Below are positions 41,201-49,330 of a DNA stretch of 64,000 nt, in pieces (within the stretch, counting starts at the first letter, position 1; every line of letters begins with the position of its first letter). Where the stretch lies: the IMG/VR virus record IMGVR_UViG_3300007541_000021, positions 265 to 64,264 of that record; one strand, 5' to 3'. The notes beneath the pieces are model-generated. The model searched no databases and was not told the origin of the DNA. It saw only the letters and a program-made list of their open reading frames with translations. The translations under genes were made by a program, and so were the position numbers. The stretch is from a virus. Taxonomy: Duplodnaviria; Caudoviricetes.

Positions 41201-41701
41201 ATTTCTGATAATGCTCTGAAAGGTATTGTATTCTTCACGGCTTATTTGAATGGACATAATGACAACAAGTTCATAACTTGGGACTATGACTTGGGAGGCA
41301 CTCCTTTCGGAGGTACAATTTATAGTGGGATTTCATATAGTGAAAGACGTGTATTCTTCAGACCTGAATTTGGTTGTAGGACAAGTTCGGATGGTATTTC
41401 AGTACCTTATGCGGTATTTGATTCATTCGAAAAATCTGTAGATTTTATAAATGACTACTTCAAGACTTTGTACAATACAACAAGTTCTGTAACTCAGAGT
41501 AAATTAAACTGGTCGACCAAAAGTGATTATATTGCCAGTTTGGTTTTACTTTGGACTGAATGGTGGCCAACTAAAAAATTCCAAACAACTGAACAATATA
41601 CCAATTGGGTTAAATCCAACACGAGTACATTACAGAGTTTGGGAAAACAAGCAGAAGAGGCGGTTGAAAAGGCAATCTCTTTAGGACTTATTAACTTTTG
41701 A
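35213..41701 (+). CDS. Very large baseplate hub-like structural protein (2162 aa)
   Basis: LGIESIRI...LIDTQG N-terminus and C-terminal LGNVMIQPTMYF.L..VPMF.GPY.I.SVEH.I hub-like motif; follows the gp53-like gene. Confidence 0.55.
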   Translation: MADNLGNNNNIFVDFDCQNIILVDPNKTQNDNGTVSERKLAHEDLVMYANLEARVIPRTKLAVGAPISDAIRNVPLASMNFLRPGGRTQLRNDYLDEITGLNSQSGKGTNQPSRSNIQQENKTDQFYISQNVINPLDTGLLGIESIRIKNTRSATPTVEMTLIDTQGRALFEKGENSEYAAFFNLPYPIFYLTLKGYYGKAIRYQLILTNFSAAFEGNTGNYRINLVFYAYKYTILAETQVGALFALPYMYSSDFRIQSTGQEPPAVQAARASLGNDKATTQTVRSTRGYSAIKNMYARYKSAGLIPVDLPELSIPELLARLELLQRNIITGFGQVDFSPLSDIQNYNKLLVDLYNDVYSSNENSWYSRYIDTQNIFVYKSKVDDTPSNEEPEELYVYLFKNNIASDTQASVNAYTQLKQIVDSYKTALGKNPTLGLNGSFTVGDITDDSSKITSINKLVVINPSNSVDQNNAVIEDTFRKAISVNDIDWEATYLARNKREGSPLEVLDLKTKSASLFRPTQTNLGDTAALYPTYNFVFDGKNNFNGLFQQLTNEVNKQKEKVVVALGKFLEKKIEGPNGLGFRPSLRNIMAMIFASIEGFFLLLDDVHTDAWGQRLNKKRRQAIFNPTVASASPDTSQLTPTTSVPSLANEPVYPWPQYLVNTNAADDEPFEIRYPGEPSQIAITGANDYVAWPEVEFVEEYIKGLAKTLDAPPSPNGNANLSRTITRLSVNAVEFPMTNFPYSDYQNVKFLYEIYERVLLSAYWDRLSKGQQENFEIYKTLSDIENVNIQTALLGASPQLTKILKNVALSPVNYLDVLRNSSNDGTGPSWQQLIRGIFTSEYLRAITAKDYGILPNTTFSNSSDSTSQDVDSLNKIRDFIKDSKSNQTDIADLYPFVDSNWTKFNLSTFTTSSDPYITTKSLYVNETKKFITNFQNGLSQNENRPFTSGEYLTVNLPELENVNGLNKSFDSFYLERTISGDYLVTEGPITYTNKTGRLVPEQTTSMMNTPFFINAIDDAVTRQKGGDNQAYVVPAYLFLNSLPLSTLREKYKNVTPTQNTDLDYIFATMTKFGGIHKLPYAWVLKYGSIWHRYKKWIETSTDILNPVWNNINYFDLYDPITQNLQKPYNFQNQKNKSVGIVGQNNLTVPGITNSTMNVGFYPKLINNYYYIFTGQDLFTTYSDAEIQSAVSEGLNVGNIPKSSIELPLGFDNNAPTRMLNFRTWYVSFNSKDSAKFNRLTQNQTIIIPSFASNANQVSEECFKNSPTGKTLTQEVFNNTAIYDGSARTFWSSPNYGYFELPSITKPNYDEYFKEILPNTTNNKPFELQTDYSNIEEIFGVLKKEILDEFETEFLNFCSPQTDSSLDFSILENKNFQTMFQEMMSIDVVDNQLPYEDYVKKVGALQAEKITNTVRSFLNYDIALKIGNPSNFDRRLWGSFTTNPSNKVFDGYTWNAYTSGTLPTQGGSTTLAVSISLNPAAWRNMYTYVGFGTTPGIQYSDNGSYYTDFFVDLNIEFTEENVQNFAPLIKIYGTQKLLADGNYTSNDFTQAINNYYTDNDKFISQILTQLFFSLQKQLPNVEQTNEKPILSALDGNQQKIDFWESFKAFNDKWIAGGEFRERTLFQDVLFLDRANRDIGDTVLMDVIKLKEFLSGSTVTNARVIDFVSKIFVDNKFQMMPMPAYINFWGVGEVVNGQRPRTETSQDMANSLFGTFLDVDYRESSPKLVCYYVGKPSEHLNFRANENYKWRSDSFDFDCGGDNPIYADMDEKTDFANSNKVVGFNVDFGTRNQGIFYSIQLDQNGAAATTESNRVVTDVALTAGGKRATSQSVSLFNYYKVRSYECRVESLGNVMIQPTMYFNLQRVPMFYGPYMIQSVEHVIQPGDFKTFFTGMRMPVASIPKITEQLVSLNENLLSELVQQVQRLKETDAQTVSNNVISVGNSIRSNQVFAAASPARCVADMQVANIRYRNYQGIETTKREITFSELATKIKSKISDNALKGIVFFTAYLNGHNDNKFITWDYDLGGTPFGGTIYSGISYSERRVFFRPEFGCRTSSDGISVPYAVFDSFEKSVDFINDYFKTLYNTTSSVTQSKLNWSTKSDYIASLVLLWTEWWPTKKFQTTEQYTNWVKSNTSTLQSLGKQAEEAVEKAISLGLINF

Positions 41702-41723
41702 TGATATTTATAGATAAAAAAAC

Positions 41724-41948
41724 ATGGACATTAAGAAACATTTAGATGCATATCTTGGGAAAAACACAAGATATTCTGAAAAAGCCACAGGAAATGGTTT
41801 CACCGAAGTTTGTGACCTTGATACTGGTGACTGTTATACAGTTAGAGATCGTGATGGGTTGATTGAACGAGTTGACAACACAATGAGAACCAACAGAAAA
41901 GTTCAAGTTGAAACCCCACAAGGAGTTAAACAATTATTAAACGGATAA
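41724..41948 (+). CDS. Small hypothetical protein (VCDLDTGDC motif)
   Basis: Fills the intergenic space; TATTTATA at 41705-41712 upstream. Confidence 0.7.
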   Translation: MDIKKHLDAYLGKNTRYSEKATGNGFTEVCDLDTGDCYTVRDRDGLIERVDNTMRTNRKVQVETPQGVKQLLNG

Positions 41949-41951
41949 GAA

Positions 41952-42629
41952 ATGAGTAGTGTTGATAAAAAAATTTTAGAGGAGTTGACAAGACACAACT
42001 CAATAAACAAATATATTACAGAACAAGAAGCTGCTGCACCCGATTTGGGAGCCGAAGCTGGTGATGAAGCGGGTGTAGAAACTGCGTTAGATACCGATAT
42101 AAATCAAGATCCTACAATCGGAGACACTCCGTCAGTTGAACCTGAGGTTATAGACGTAACTCAAGATGCTGAAGTAGAAAAAATTTCAGATAGTGGTGAA
42201 GTTGAGGGATCAGATGAAAGTTCATCGGAAGAATTAGATATCACTGACTTAGTCAATTCACAAAAATCTATTGAGGAAAAACAAAATCAGTATTTTGACT
42301 CAATGTTCCAACAACTCAATCAATTGCAATCTAAATTGAGTGAAATGGATAATCTAATGACAGCATTGAACTCGTTGGAACAAAAGGTTGAAAAATACAG
42401 ACCTAAAACTCCTGAAGAAAAATTAGAATTGAGAAGTTTAGATTCGGGACCCTTCCAACAAAAGTTATCAGATTTTTTTGCTGACAAACAGGAAGATATG
42501 GAAAAGACAGGTAAAAATGAATATGTACTAACATCAGATGAAGTACAACAGTTCACCCCATCTGAAATTGCAAAAACCTTTGACACCTATGGTAATGAAC
42601 CAACAGGTTCTAAGTTCAAAATGAATTGA
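41952..42629 (+). CDS. Acidic coiled-coil protein, possible head/scaffold-associated
   Basis: Acidic low-complexity N-half, coiled-coil C-half, ILEE and YITEQ motifs. Confidence 0.6.
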   Translation: MSSVDKKILEELTRHNSINKYITEQEAAAPDLGAEAGDEAGVETALDTDINQDPTIGDTPSVEPEVIDVTQDAEVEKISDSGEVEGSDESSSEELDITDLVNSQKSIEEKQNQYFDSMFQQLNQLQSKLSEMDNLMTALNSLEQKVEKYRPKTPEEKLELRSLDSGPFQQKLSDFFADKQEDMEKTGKNEYVLTSDEVQQFTPSEIAKTFDTYGNEPTGSKFKMN

Positions 42630-42655
42630 TTTTTATAAAAAAAATATTATATTAG

Positions 42656-42680
42656 AAGGGTCACATTGTGACCCTTTTTA
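42656..42680 (+). terminator. Rho-independent terminator
   Basis: AAGGGTCAC-att-GTGACCCTT followed by T-rich run. Confidence 0.7.
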
Positions 42681-42693
42681 TTTGGCGAATAAT

Positions 42694-42722
42694 TTGACTA
42701 AACAATAAACTTGGCGTATAAT
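42694..42722 (+). promoter_or_regulatory. Sigma70-like promoter of SSB gene
   Basis: TTGACT-N17-TATAAT, 36 nt upstream of ATG 42759. Confidence 0.55.
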
Positions 42723-42758
42723 TCCTATGTCTAACAATTAATAATTTTTTTTACAACT

Positions 42759-43601
42759 ATGGCTAGTCCACTTGACGCAGTTCTCGCTCAATACGAGAAA
42801 AACACCCAATCCTATGACAACTCAGGTAAGATGTCACAGGAAGAAAGAATGAAGAAATACTTCGCTTGTATTCTCCCACAAGGTCAATCACAAGGTCAAC
42901 GAAGAGTCCGAATTCTTCCCACTAAAGACGGATCATCTCCTTTCGTAGAGGTCTATTACCACGAACTTCAAGTCGGGGGTAAATGGCAGAAATTCTATGA
43001 TCCGGGAAAAAATGACAACGAGCGTTCTCCATTGAACGAAGTTTATGATGAACTTATGGCAACTGGTAAAGAGTCTGATAAGGAACTTGCTCGTCAATAC
43101 AAATCACGCAAATTTTACATTGCAAAAGTTGTCGATCGTGACGCTGAAGAAGAAGGTGTGAAGTTTTGGCGTTTCAAACACAACTACAAGAATGAAGGTA
43201 TCCTTGATAAGATCATCCCTATTTGGAGACAAAAAGGTGATATTACTGATTCAGAAAAAGGTCGTGACCTAATCATTCAGTTAGTCAAACAAAAAACCCC
43301 TGGAGGTAAAGATTACACGTCAATTCAGACGATTATGCATGACGATCCCTCACTTCTACATACTGATGAATCAGTTATGAAAGAGTGGTTGGCTGATGAA
43401 TTGACATGGAACGATGTGTATTCCAAAAAACCTGTTGAATACCTGGAAGCAATTGCCCGTGGTGAAGAACCACGATGGGATTCTGAAACAGGTAAGTATG
43501 TTTATGGTGACGACGCACTTCTCTCTATGGGAGGAGGTAAATCGGCTCCTTTAGCAGACCCACAGGCAGGTGCTGATCCCGATGAGGACCTACCTTTCTA
43601 A
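42759..43601 (+). CDS. Single-stranded DNA-binding protein (T4 gp32-like)
   Basis: RVRILP, PF.E.YYH, GVKFW.F and DITD...GRDL motifs; acidic tail DEDLPF. Confidence 0.8.
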   Translation: MASPLDAVLAQYEKNTQSYDNSGKMSQEERMKKYFACILPQGQSQGQRRVRILPTKDGSSPFVEVYYHELQVGGKWQKFYDPGKNDNERSPLNEVYDELMATGKESDKELARQYKSRKFYIAKVVDRDAEEEGVKFWRFKHNYKNEGILDKIIPIWRQKGDITDSEKGRDLIIQLVKQKTPGGKDYTSIQTIMHDDPSLLHTDESVMKEWLADELTWNDVYSKKPVEYLEAIARGEEPRWDSETGKYVYGDDALLSMGGGKSAPLADPQAGADPDEDLPF

Positions 43602-43608
43602 ATAAATG

Positions 43609-43641
43609 ATGGTGCAGGATTTGCCTGCACCATTTTTTTTT
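43609..43641 (+). terminator. Rho-independent terminator
   Basis: ATGGTGCAGG-atttg-CCTGCACCAT followed by long T-tract. Confidence 0.8.
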
Positions 43642-43646
43642 ATACT

Positions 43647-43826
43647 ATGCCGAAAATAGTTAAAGTATCACCAGTGTATCGTTATTACGAACTTGAATTG
43701 ACAGAAGAACAAAAAAAAATTTATGAGGAAACCCCTAATGAATTTTTAATTAATATTGTAAAAGACGAGGATTGGGTTTATATTGAAAGTATTGTAGGAG
43801 CTGACGAATACGAATTAAAAAAATAA
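43647..43826 (+). CDS. Small acidic protein (59 aa), paralog of next gene; absent from the ORF track
   Basis: MPKIVKVSPVYRYYELELTEEQKKIYEETPNEFLINIVKDEDWVYIESIVGADEYELKK. Confidence 0.7.
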   Translation: MPKIVKVSPVYRYYELELTEEQKKIYEETPNEFLINIVKDEDWVYIESIVGADEYELKK

Positions 43827-43831
43827 CAAAA

Positions 43832-44023
43832 ATGGCAACACTAAGAAAATACGTAACCACAACAGACATCAATGTCTACGAAGTTGAACTTACTGATGAA
43901 CAGCTTGAAATGTACCAAGAAGATCTCGAAAGATTTCACGATGAAATCATCGATGAGTTGGACTGGGACTTTGCTTATGACAAAGTTGGTGATGAAGAAA
44001 ACGAATACGAATTGAGAGATTGA
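43832..44023 (+). CDS. Small highly acidic protein (63 aa)
   Basis: 22 of 63 residues are D/E; its stop lies 1 nt before the RecA-like start. Confidence 0.75.
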   Translation: MATLRKYVTTTDINVYEVELTDEQLEMYQEDLERFHDEIIDELDWDFAYDKVGDEENEYELRD

Positions 44024-44024
44024 T

Positions 44025-45035
44025 ATGGCACTCAAAAAAAATGATTTTTCATCACTGAAGAAAAAGTTCTCAACTTCAGCAAAATACAAACCCCAACGTT
44101 TTTTTGATTTGGGTAAAAACTTTTTGGAGGCTGTTGGTCTTCCAGGTCCTGCTTTTGGACACATCAACATGTTCTTGGGACACAGTGATACAGGAAAAAC
44201 TACCGCACTAGTAAAAACTGCTGTGAGCGCTCAGAAACAAAATGTTCTTCCCGTGTTTATTATCACTGAACAGAAGTGGAGTTTCGAACACGCACGACTA
44301 ATGGGATTTGATTGTGAAGAAGTGGTGGACGAAGAAACAGGAGAAATCGATTGGGACGGATTCTTTATATTCAACAACAACTTTAGCTACATTGAACAAA
44401 TCACCGATTACATCAACGAACTTTTGGACGCTCAAGATAAAGGTGAATTGGAATATGATTTGTTATTCCTTTGGGATTCAATCGGTTCTGTACCATCTAA
44501 GATGACTTATGATGGTAAGGGTGGTAAACAACACAACGCAGCTACACTTGCAGATAAAATCGGTATGGGTATCAACCAACGAATTTCGGGTTCACGAAAA
44601 GCCGATTCAAAGTACGAGAATACTTTAGTAATCGTAAATCAACCTTGGGTTGAACTTCCTGATAATCCATTCGGACAACCAAAAATTAAAGCAAAAGGTG
44701 GTGAATCAGTTTGGTTGAACTCATCATTGGTATTCTTGTTTGGAAATCAAAAAGGTGCTGGTACGACAAAGATCACGGCAACAAAGGATAAGAGAACTGT
44801 TAAGTTTGCTATCCGTTCAAAAATCTCTGTGATGAAAAACCACATCAACGGTTTGGGTTACGAAGATGGAAAGATCATCGTTACTCCACACGGTTTCTTG
44901 GCAGGTAAGGATACCGCTGAAGAGAAGGCTTCTATCGAGGCTTACAAGAAAGAGCATTCAGACTACTGGAAGGAGATTATTGGTTCGGACGGGGACTTTT
45001 CCCTGAACGAAGAGAAAGACCCTGAGACACTCTAA
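44025..45035 (+). CDS. RecA/UvsX-like recombinase
   Basis: Walker A GHSDTGKTT, FLWDSIGS, VIVNQ and KGG motifs. Confidence 0.85.
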   Translation: MALKKNDFSSLKKKFSTSAKYKPQRFFDLGKNFLEAVGLPGPAFGHINMFLGHSDTGKTTALVKTAVSAQKQNVLPVFIITEQKWSFEHARLMGFDCEEVVDEETGEIDWDGFFIFNNNFSYIEQITDYINELLDAQDKGELEYDLLFLWDSIGSVPSKMTYDGKGGKQHNAATLADKIGMGINQRISGSRKADSKYENTLVIVNQPWVELPDNPFGQPKIKAKGGESVWLNSSLVFLFGNQKGAGTTKITATKDKRTVKFAIRSKISVMKNHINGLGYEDGKIIVTPHGFLAGKDTAEEKASIEAYKKEHSDYWKEIIGSDGDFSLNEEKDPETL

Positions 45036-45036
45036 T

Positions 45037-45144
45037 ATGTTGTTAGGATTGGGTATATTCCTTATGGGTTTCGGTCTTGCAGGATTTTTGCATACCGTTT
45101 ATGAAATTTACACATTGTCGAACCCTTCAAAAGGTAAGAAGTGA
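45037..45144 (+). CDS. Putative 35-aa single-pass membrane peptide
   Basis: MLLGLGIFLMGFGLAGFLHTVYEIYTLSNPSKGKK exactly fills the gap; its stop overlaps the next GTG start (GTGA). Confidence 0.5.
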   Translation: MLLGLGIFLMGFGLAGFLHTVYEIYTLSNPSKGKK

Positions 45145-46145
45145 AAACTCTTTTAGTAGATGGAGATAATTTATTTAAAATCGGATTCCACGGAGTCCGC
45201 GAATTCTTTGTTGATGGAAATCACATCGGCGGAGTCTTCCACTTTCTCAACACACTTAGAAAACAGTTGGATGAGCACAACTACGACAAAGTCATTGTCT
45301 TTTGGGACGGGGACGGCAACTCATCCCAACGACGTGAAATATACCCCAAGTACAAACTGAACCGAAGACAAGATATGAACGAGTTCAAACTCGAGTCATA
45401 TCATATCCAAAAGGAGAGGGTAAAACAGTACTTGGAGGAATGTTTCGTGCGTCAACTCAGGGTTGACAACAATGAATCTGATGACCTAATTGCCTACTAC
45501 TGTCAGGTGGCTATAGATGAGGATAAAATTATCTTTACCGCTGACAAAGACCTGTTACAACTCATCGATTCAACAACATCCATTTATTCACCGATGATCA
45601 AAGTGATGTATAAGATGGGGGACAAAGTATCCATTATGGGTAACCAAATTCCTCATCAGAACATCCTGACCCTTAAGGTGATAATGGGTGACAAGAGCGA
45701 TAACATTGATGGTATCGAGAGACTCGGAGAAAAAACTTTTCTAAAGTTTTTCCCTGAGGTCCTTGACGAGGTGGTTTCTGTAGATGATATTTTATCTAAA
45801 ACCAATCAACTTCTTCAGGAGAATGAAACTAACAAAGCATTACAGAATCTTGTCAAAGGAAAGACAAAAGACGGTGAACTCGGTAATACATTCTTTGATG
45901 TAAATAAAAGAATCGTGGATTTGTCAAATCCGATGATTACTGAAGAAGGTAAAGAACTTGTCCAACTTTATTATCGTGAAACAATGGATCCCGAGGGTAG
46001 GGGGTCGAAGAATCTTATTAGAATGATGACAGATGATGGTTTCTTCAAATTTTTACCTAAAACCGACGAAGCTTTTTTGAACTTCGTCCAACCGTTTATG
46101 AAACTAACAAGAAAAGAAAAAAGAAAATTCAAACAATCAAATTAA
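45141..46145 (+). CDS. 5'-3' exonuclease/RNase H (FEN, T4 rnh-like)
   Basis: LLVDGDN, FWDG, YK.NR, ESDDLI, ADKDLLQL and GDKSDNI.G...GEKT motifs. Confidence 0.9.
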   Translation: MKTLLVDGDNLFKIGFHGVREFFVDGNHIGGVFHFLNTLRKQLDEHNYDKVIVFWDGDGNSSQRREIYPKYKLNRRQDMNEFKLESYHIQKERVKQYLEECFVRQLRVDNNESDDLIAYYCQVAIDEDKIIFTADKDLLQLIDSTTSIYSPMIKVMYKMGDKVSIMGNQIPHQNILTLKVIMGDKSDNIDGIERLGEKTFLKFFPEVLDEVVSVDDILSKTNQLLQENETNKALQNLVKGKTKDGELGNTFFDVNKRIVDLSNPMITEEGKELVQLYYRETMDPEGRGSKNLIRMMTDDGFFKFLPKTDEAFLNFVQPFMKLTRKEKRKFKQSN

Positions 46146-46150
46146 ATTTT

Positions 46151-46600
46151 ATGAAAGAACAAGATATCGTTAAGATGGAGTTTCTAATAACTTTGAATAA
46201 TAACATTGTAATTCAAAGATACTTCAACGTACGTGGATATAATTCCACAGCTAGGGTTTCGGTTGACCTCTATGAATATGTTAGATCTTTAGTCGAGGCA
46301 TTCGAACAAACTCAAAAAATGAGAACTGTTGTTTATATGCTTGATAATCAATTTGACATTATTGAGGATTCCACAATTTTGGATACCGACAATACCGATG
46401 GACCTGAAACGTTCAATTTTTACATTAAAATCGGAGATCAGACAATTTGTCACAGAATGCTTGATGCAAAAAATTTCCCACCTAAAATAAGATACACCGT
46501 AGACATACGCCAAGAGGCAAAAAGTATACTTCGGGACCTAACTGACATCTTTTCAGGGCGAGATTTTTGTACTCAGTACCTGAATTATACACTGGCTTGA
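46151..46600 (+). CDS. Hypothetical protein in replication cluster
   Basis: 149-aa ORF tightly packed between exonuclease and helicase genes. Confidence 0.75.
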   Translation: MKEQDIVKMEFLITLNNNIVIQRYFNVRGYNSTARVSVDLYEYVRSLVEAFEQTQKMRTVVYMLDNQFDIIEDSTILDTDNTDGPETFNFYIKIGDQTICHRMLDAKNFPPKIRYTVDIRQEAKSILRDLTDIFSGRDFCTQYLNYTLA

Positions 46601-46635
46601 GCGTATTTATAACTTACAGAAAAGGGAACAACATT

Positions 46636-48012
46636 ATGTCAAATAGAAACTTCGAATATCTCGGAAATACATTTCAATTACAACTATTAAATCAACTAAT
46701 TTTAGATAAAGATTTTTCACATTCTATCATCGACGTAATCGAACCTTCACATTTCGAAAACAAATACTTCAAGACCTTGATTCAATTAATCAAGGAGTAC
46801 TATGTAAAGTACGATTGTACACCTTCATTTGAAACCTTATCTCAAATTGTCAAAAGTGAGTTTCCACAAGAACTCATGTTGAAAATTTTGAATGACACTA
46901 TCAAACAAGTACAAGATTCACCTATTGATGGAGTTAGTTTTGTACAAGAAAAAGCATTGAAATTCTGTAAACAACAAGAACTTCAAAAAGCTATTGTAAA
47001 ATCCCAAAAAATTCTCGATAATGGAGAATTTGAAAATTATGAAAAACTTGAAGAATTGTTTAGAAGTGCAATTCAAATAGGGGAGAACAACAACAAAGTT
47101 GAAGATGTTTTTATGAATCTTGATGATGTACTCAATGAGGATTTTAGACACCCCATCCCAATGGGAATCGTTGGGATAGATAAACTACTGAAAGGTGGTT
47201 TGGCTAAGGGTGAATTGGGTGTGATTTTGGCACCAACAGGTGTTGGTAAAACGACCATTCTTTCAAAAATTGCAAATAGTGCCTTCAACAATGGTTATAA
47301 TGTTTTACAGTTGTTTTTTGAGGACAACCCTAAGGTAATTCAAAGAAAACACTTCACAATGTGGACAGGTATTGCACCTGATGATCTACCGAATCACAGA
47401 GAAGAAGTTCTTGAAAAAGCACGTGAAGTTAAGGAGGAAATGACAAATAAGTTATACTTAAAAAAATTACCTTCAGATACTCACACTATGACTCAGATCA
47501 AAAATATGATTCGTAAAATGATTGCGGATGGTCATAAAATCGATATGCTTTTAGTTGACTATATCGATTGTATTGTACCTGACAAAAACTTAGGTGATGA
47601 ATGGAAAAGTGAAGGTTCAGTCATGAGAGGTTTTGAAGCTCTTTGTCATGAACTAAATGTTGTGGGATGGACTGCGACACAGGGTAACAGAAGCTCTATA
47701 TCTTCTGAGGTTGTAACCACCGACCAAATGGGTGGTAGTATTAAGAAGGCTCAAGTAGGTCACGTTATCATTTCCGTGGCAAAGACCTTACAGCAAAAAG
47801 AAATGAATTTGGCTACCATCGCCATAACCAAATCTCGAATTGGTAAAGATGGTGTTGTTTTTGAAAACTGTAAGTTTGATAATGAAATGCTTGAAATTGA
47901 CACGGATAGTTCAGTAACTTTCTTAGGATTTGAAGAAAAGAAAGAAGAACAAAAACGTGATCGTATTAGAGAACTCATGGAAAAAAGACAACAACGTGAA
48001 AAACAAAACTAA
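46636..48012 (+). CDS. Replicative DNA helicase (DnaB/T4 gp41-like)
   Basis: GGLAKGEL, APTGVGKT, LVDYID and TATQGNR motifs; ATG 46636 preferred because TATTTATA (46604-46611) lies upstream. Confidence 0.9.
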   Translation: MSNRNFEYLGNTFQLQLLNQLILDKDFSHSIIDVIEPSHFENKYFKTLIQLIKEYYVKYDCTPSFETLSQIVKSEFPQELMLKILNDTIKQVQDSPIDGVSFVQEKALKFCKQQELQKAIVKSQKILDNGEFENYEKLEELFRSAIQIGENNNKVEDVFMNLDDVLNEDFRHPIPMGIVGIDKLLKGGLAKGELGVILAPTGVGKTTILSKIANSAFNNGYNVLQLFFEDNPKVIQRKHFTMWTGIAPDDLPNHREEVLEKAREVKEEMTNKLYLKKLPSDTHTMTQIKNMIRKMIADGHKIDMLLVDYIDCIVPDKNLGDEWKSEGSVMRGFEALCHELNVVGWTATQGNRSSISSEVVTTDQMGGSIKKAQVGHVIISVAKTLQQKEMNLATIAITKSRIGKDGVVFENCKFDNEMLEIDTDSSVTFLGFEEKKEEQKRDRIRELMEKRQQREKQN

Positions 48013-48031
48013 ATTTATAAAATTTTAAACA

Positions 48032-49312
48032 ATGGAAGAGTTATTAGATATGATATCTAGTGATGTCCGTTACGTTATCAAACGTAATGGAGATAGGGTT
48101 TTATTTGAGTCTGAAAAAATAAAAAGGGCGGTTGTCAAAGCTATGGAAAGCGTCGAAAAAGTAGATGATGAAATGGCTGAGAAAATTGCTCGATTGACTA
48201 AAAAAAGTTTATTCAGAGGTGATAAACTTAGAGTACCTCATGTAGATGAAATTCATGACATGGTAGAAAATAAATTGATGGATAATGGGTTGAATGATGT
48301 TGCTAAGGAATATATCATTTACAGATCAATTCATCGTCCCAACATCTTTTCAAAGAGGGTAAATCTGAAACCTTATGAATATCCTGAGTTGAGTGAATAT
48401 GTTGATGCTATCCGACATTCATATTGGGTTCATACTGAATTTAATTTCACATCAGATATACAAGATTTCAAAGTACATTTGTCTGATAAGGAAAAAATGG
48501 CGGTTCAGAGAGCTATGTTGGCAATATCTCAAATTGAAATTGCAGTTAAGACATTTTGGGGTGACATTTATAAAAGAATGCCAAAACCTGAAATTGGAAA
48601 CGTAGGTGCAACTTTTGCAGAATCCGAAGTCAGACATGCTGATGCTTATTCACATTTGATTCAACTACTTGGATTGAATTCTGAATTTCAAAACTTGATG
48701 GAAGTTCCGGCAATCAGAAGACGAATAAAATATTTAGAAAAATCTATTTCGAATTCCAAAACAGTTGAAAACCAAGATTATTTTGAATCTGTAATTTTAT
48801 TCTCGATGTTTGTGGAAAACGTTTCTTTGTTTTCACAATTTTTGGTTATCATGTCTTTTAACAAATTTAAGAATGTTCTAAAAGGAACTAGCAATGCTGT
48901 TGAGGCTACATCCAAAGAAGAGAATATCCATGCTGAGTTTGGATTTGATTTGGTGAATTTAATAAAAAAAGAAAACCCAAATTGGTGGACACCTCAACTT
49001 GTCGAGGATATCATTGATGCTACGATGGATGCCTACGAAGCTGAGGCTGATATAGTTGAGTGGATTTTCGAAATGGGTGATTTGGATTTCCTATCAAAAG
49101 AACAAACTTTGGAGTTCATAAAAAATAGATTCAACCTATCATTGAATTCTATTGGAATTGATAATGTTTTCAAAGTTGACAAAAAAATATTGGAAACAAC
49201 TGAATGGTTTGATGATGAAATTTTGACAACAAAACATACAGACTTTTTTAACAAAAGAAGTATCAATTACAGTAAAAAACAAAAATCAATTACACTTAAC
49301 GACTTATTTTAA
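48032..49312 (+). CDS. nrdB: Ribonucleotide reductase beta subunit with N-terminal ATP cone (class Id/NrdBi-like)
   Basis: VIKRNG...KI..AV...DEIHDMVE.KLM ATP cone; QIEIAVKTFW, ESEVRHADAY, ENVSLFSQF and EENIHA; ends in DLF. Confidence 0.9.
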   Translation: MEELLDMISSDVRYVIKRNGDRVLFESEKIKRAVVKAMESVEKVDDEMAEKIARLTKKSLFRGDKLRVPHVDEIHDMVENKLMDNGLNDVAKEYIIYRSIHRPNIFSKRVNLKPYEYPELSEYVDAIRHSYWVHTEFNFTSDIQDFKVHLSDKEKMAVQRAMLAISQIEIAVKTFWGDIYKRMPKPEIGNVGATFAESEVRHADAYSHLIQLLGLNSEFQNLMEVPAIRRRIKYLEKSISNSKTVENQDYFESVILFSMFVENVSLFSQFLVIMSFNKFKNVLKGTSNAVEATSKEENIHAEFGFDLVNLIKKENPNWWTPQLVEDIIDATMDAYEAEADIVEWIFEMGDLDFLSKEQTLEFIKNRFNLSLNSIGIDNVFKVDKKILETTEWFDDEILTTKHTDFFNKRSINYSKKQKSITLNDLF

Positions 49313-49330
49313 TTTATATAAAAACACAAT

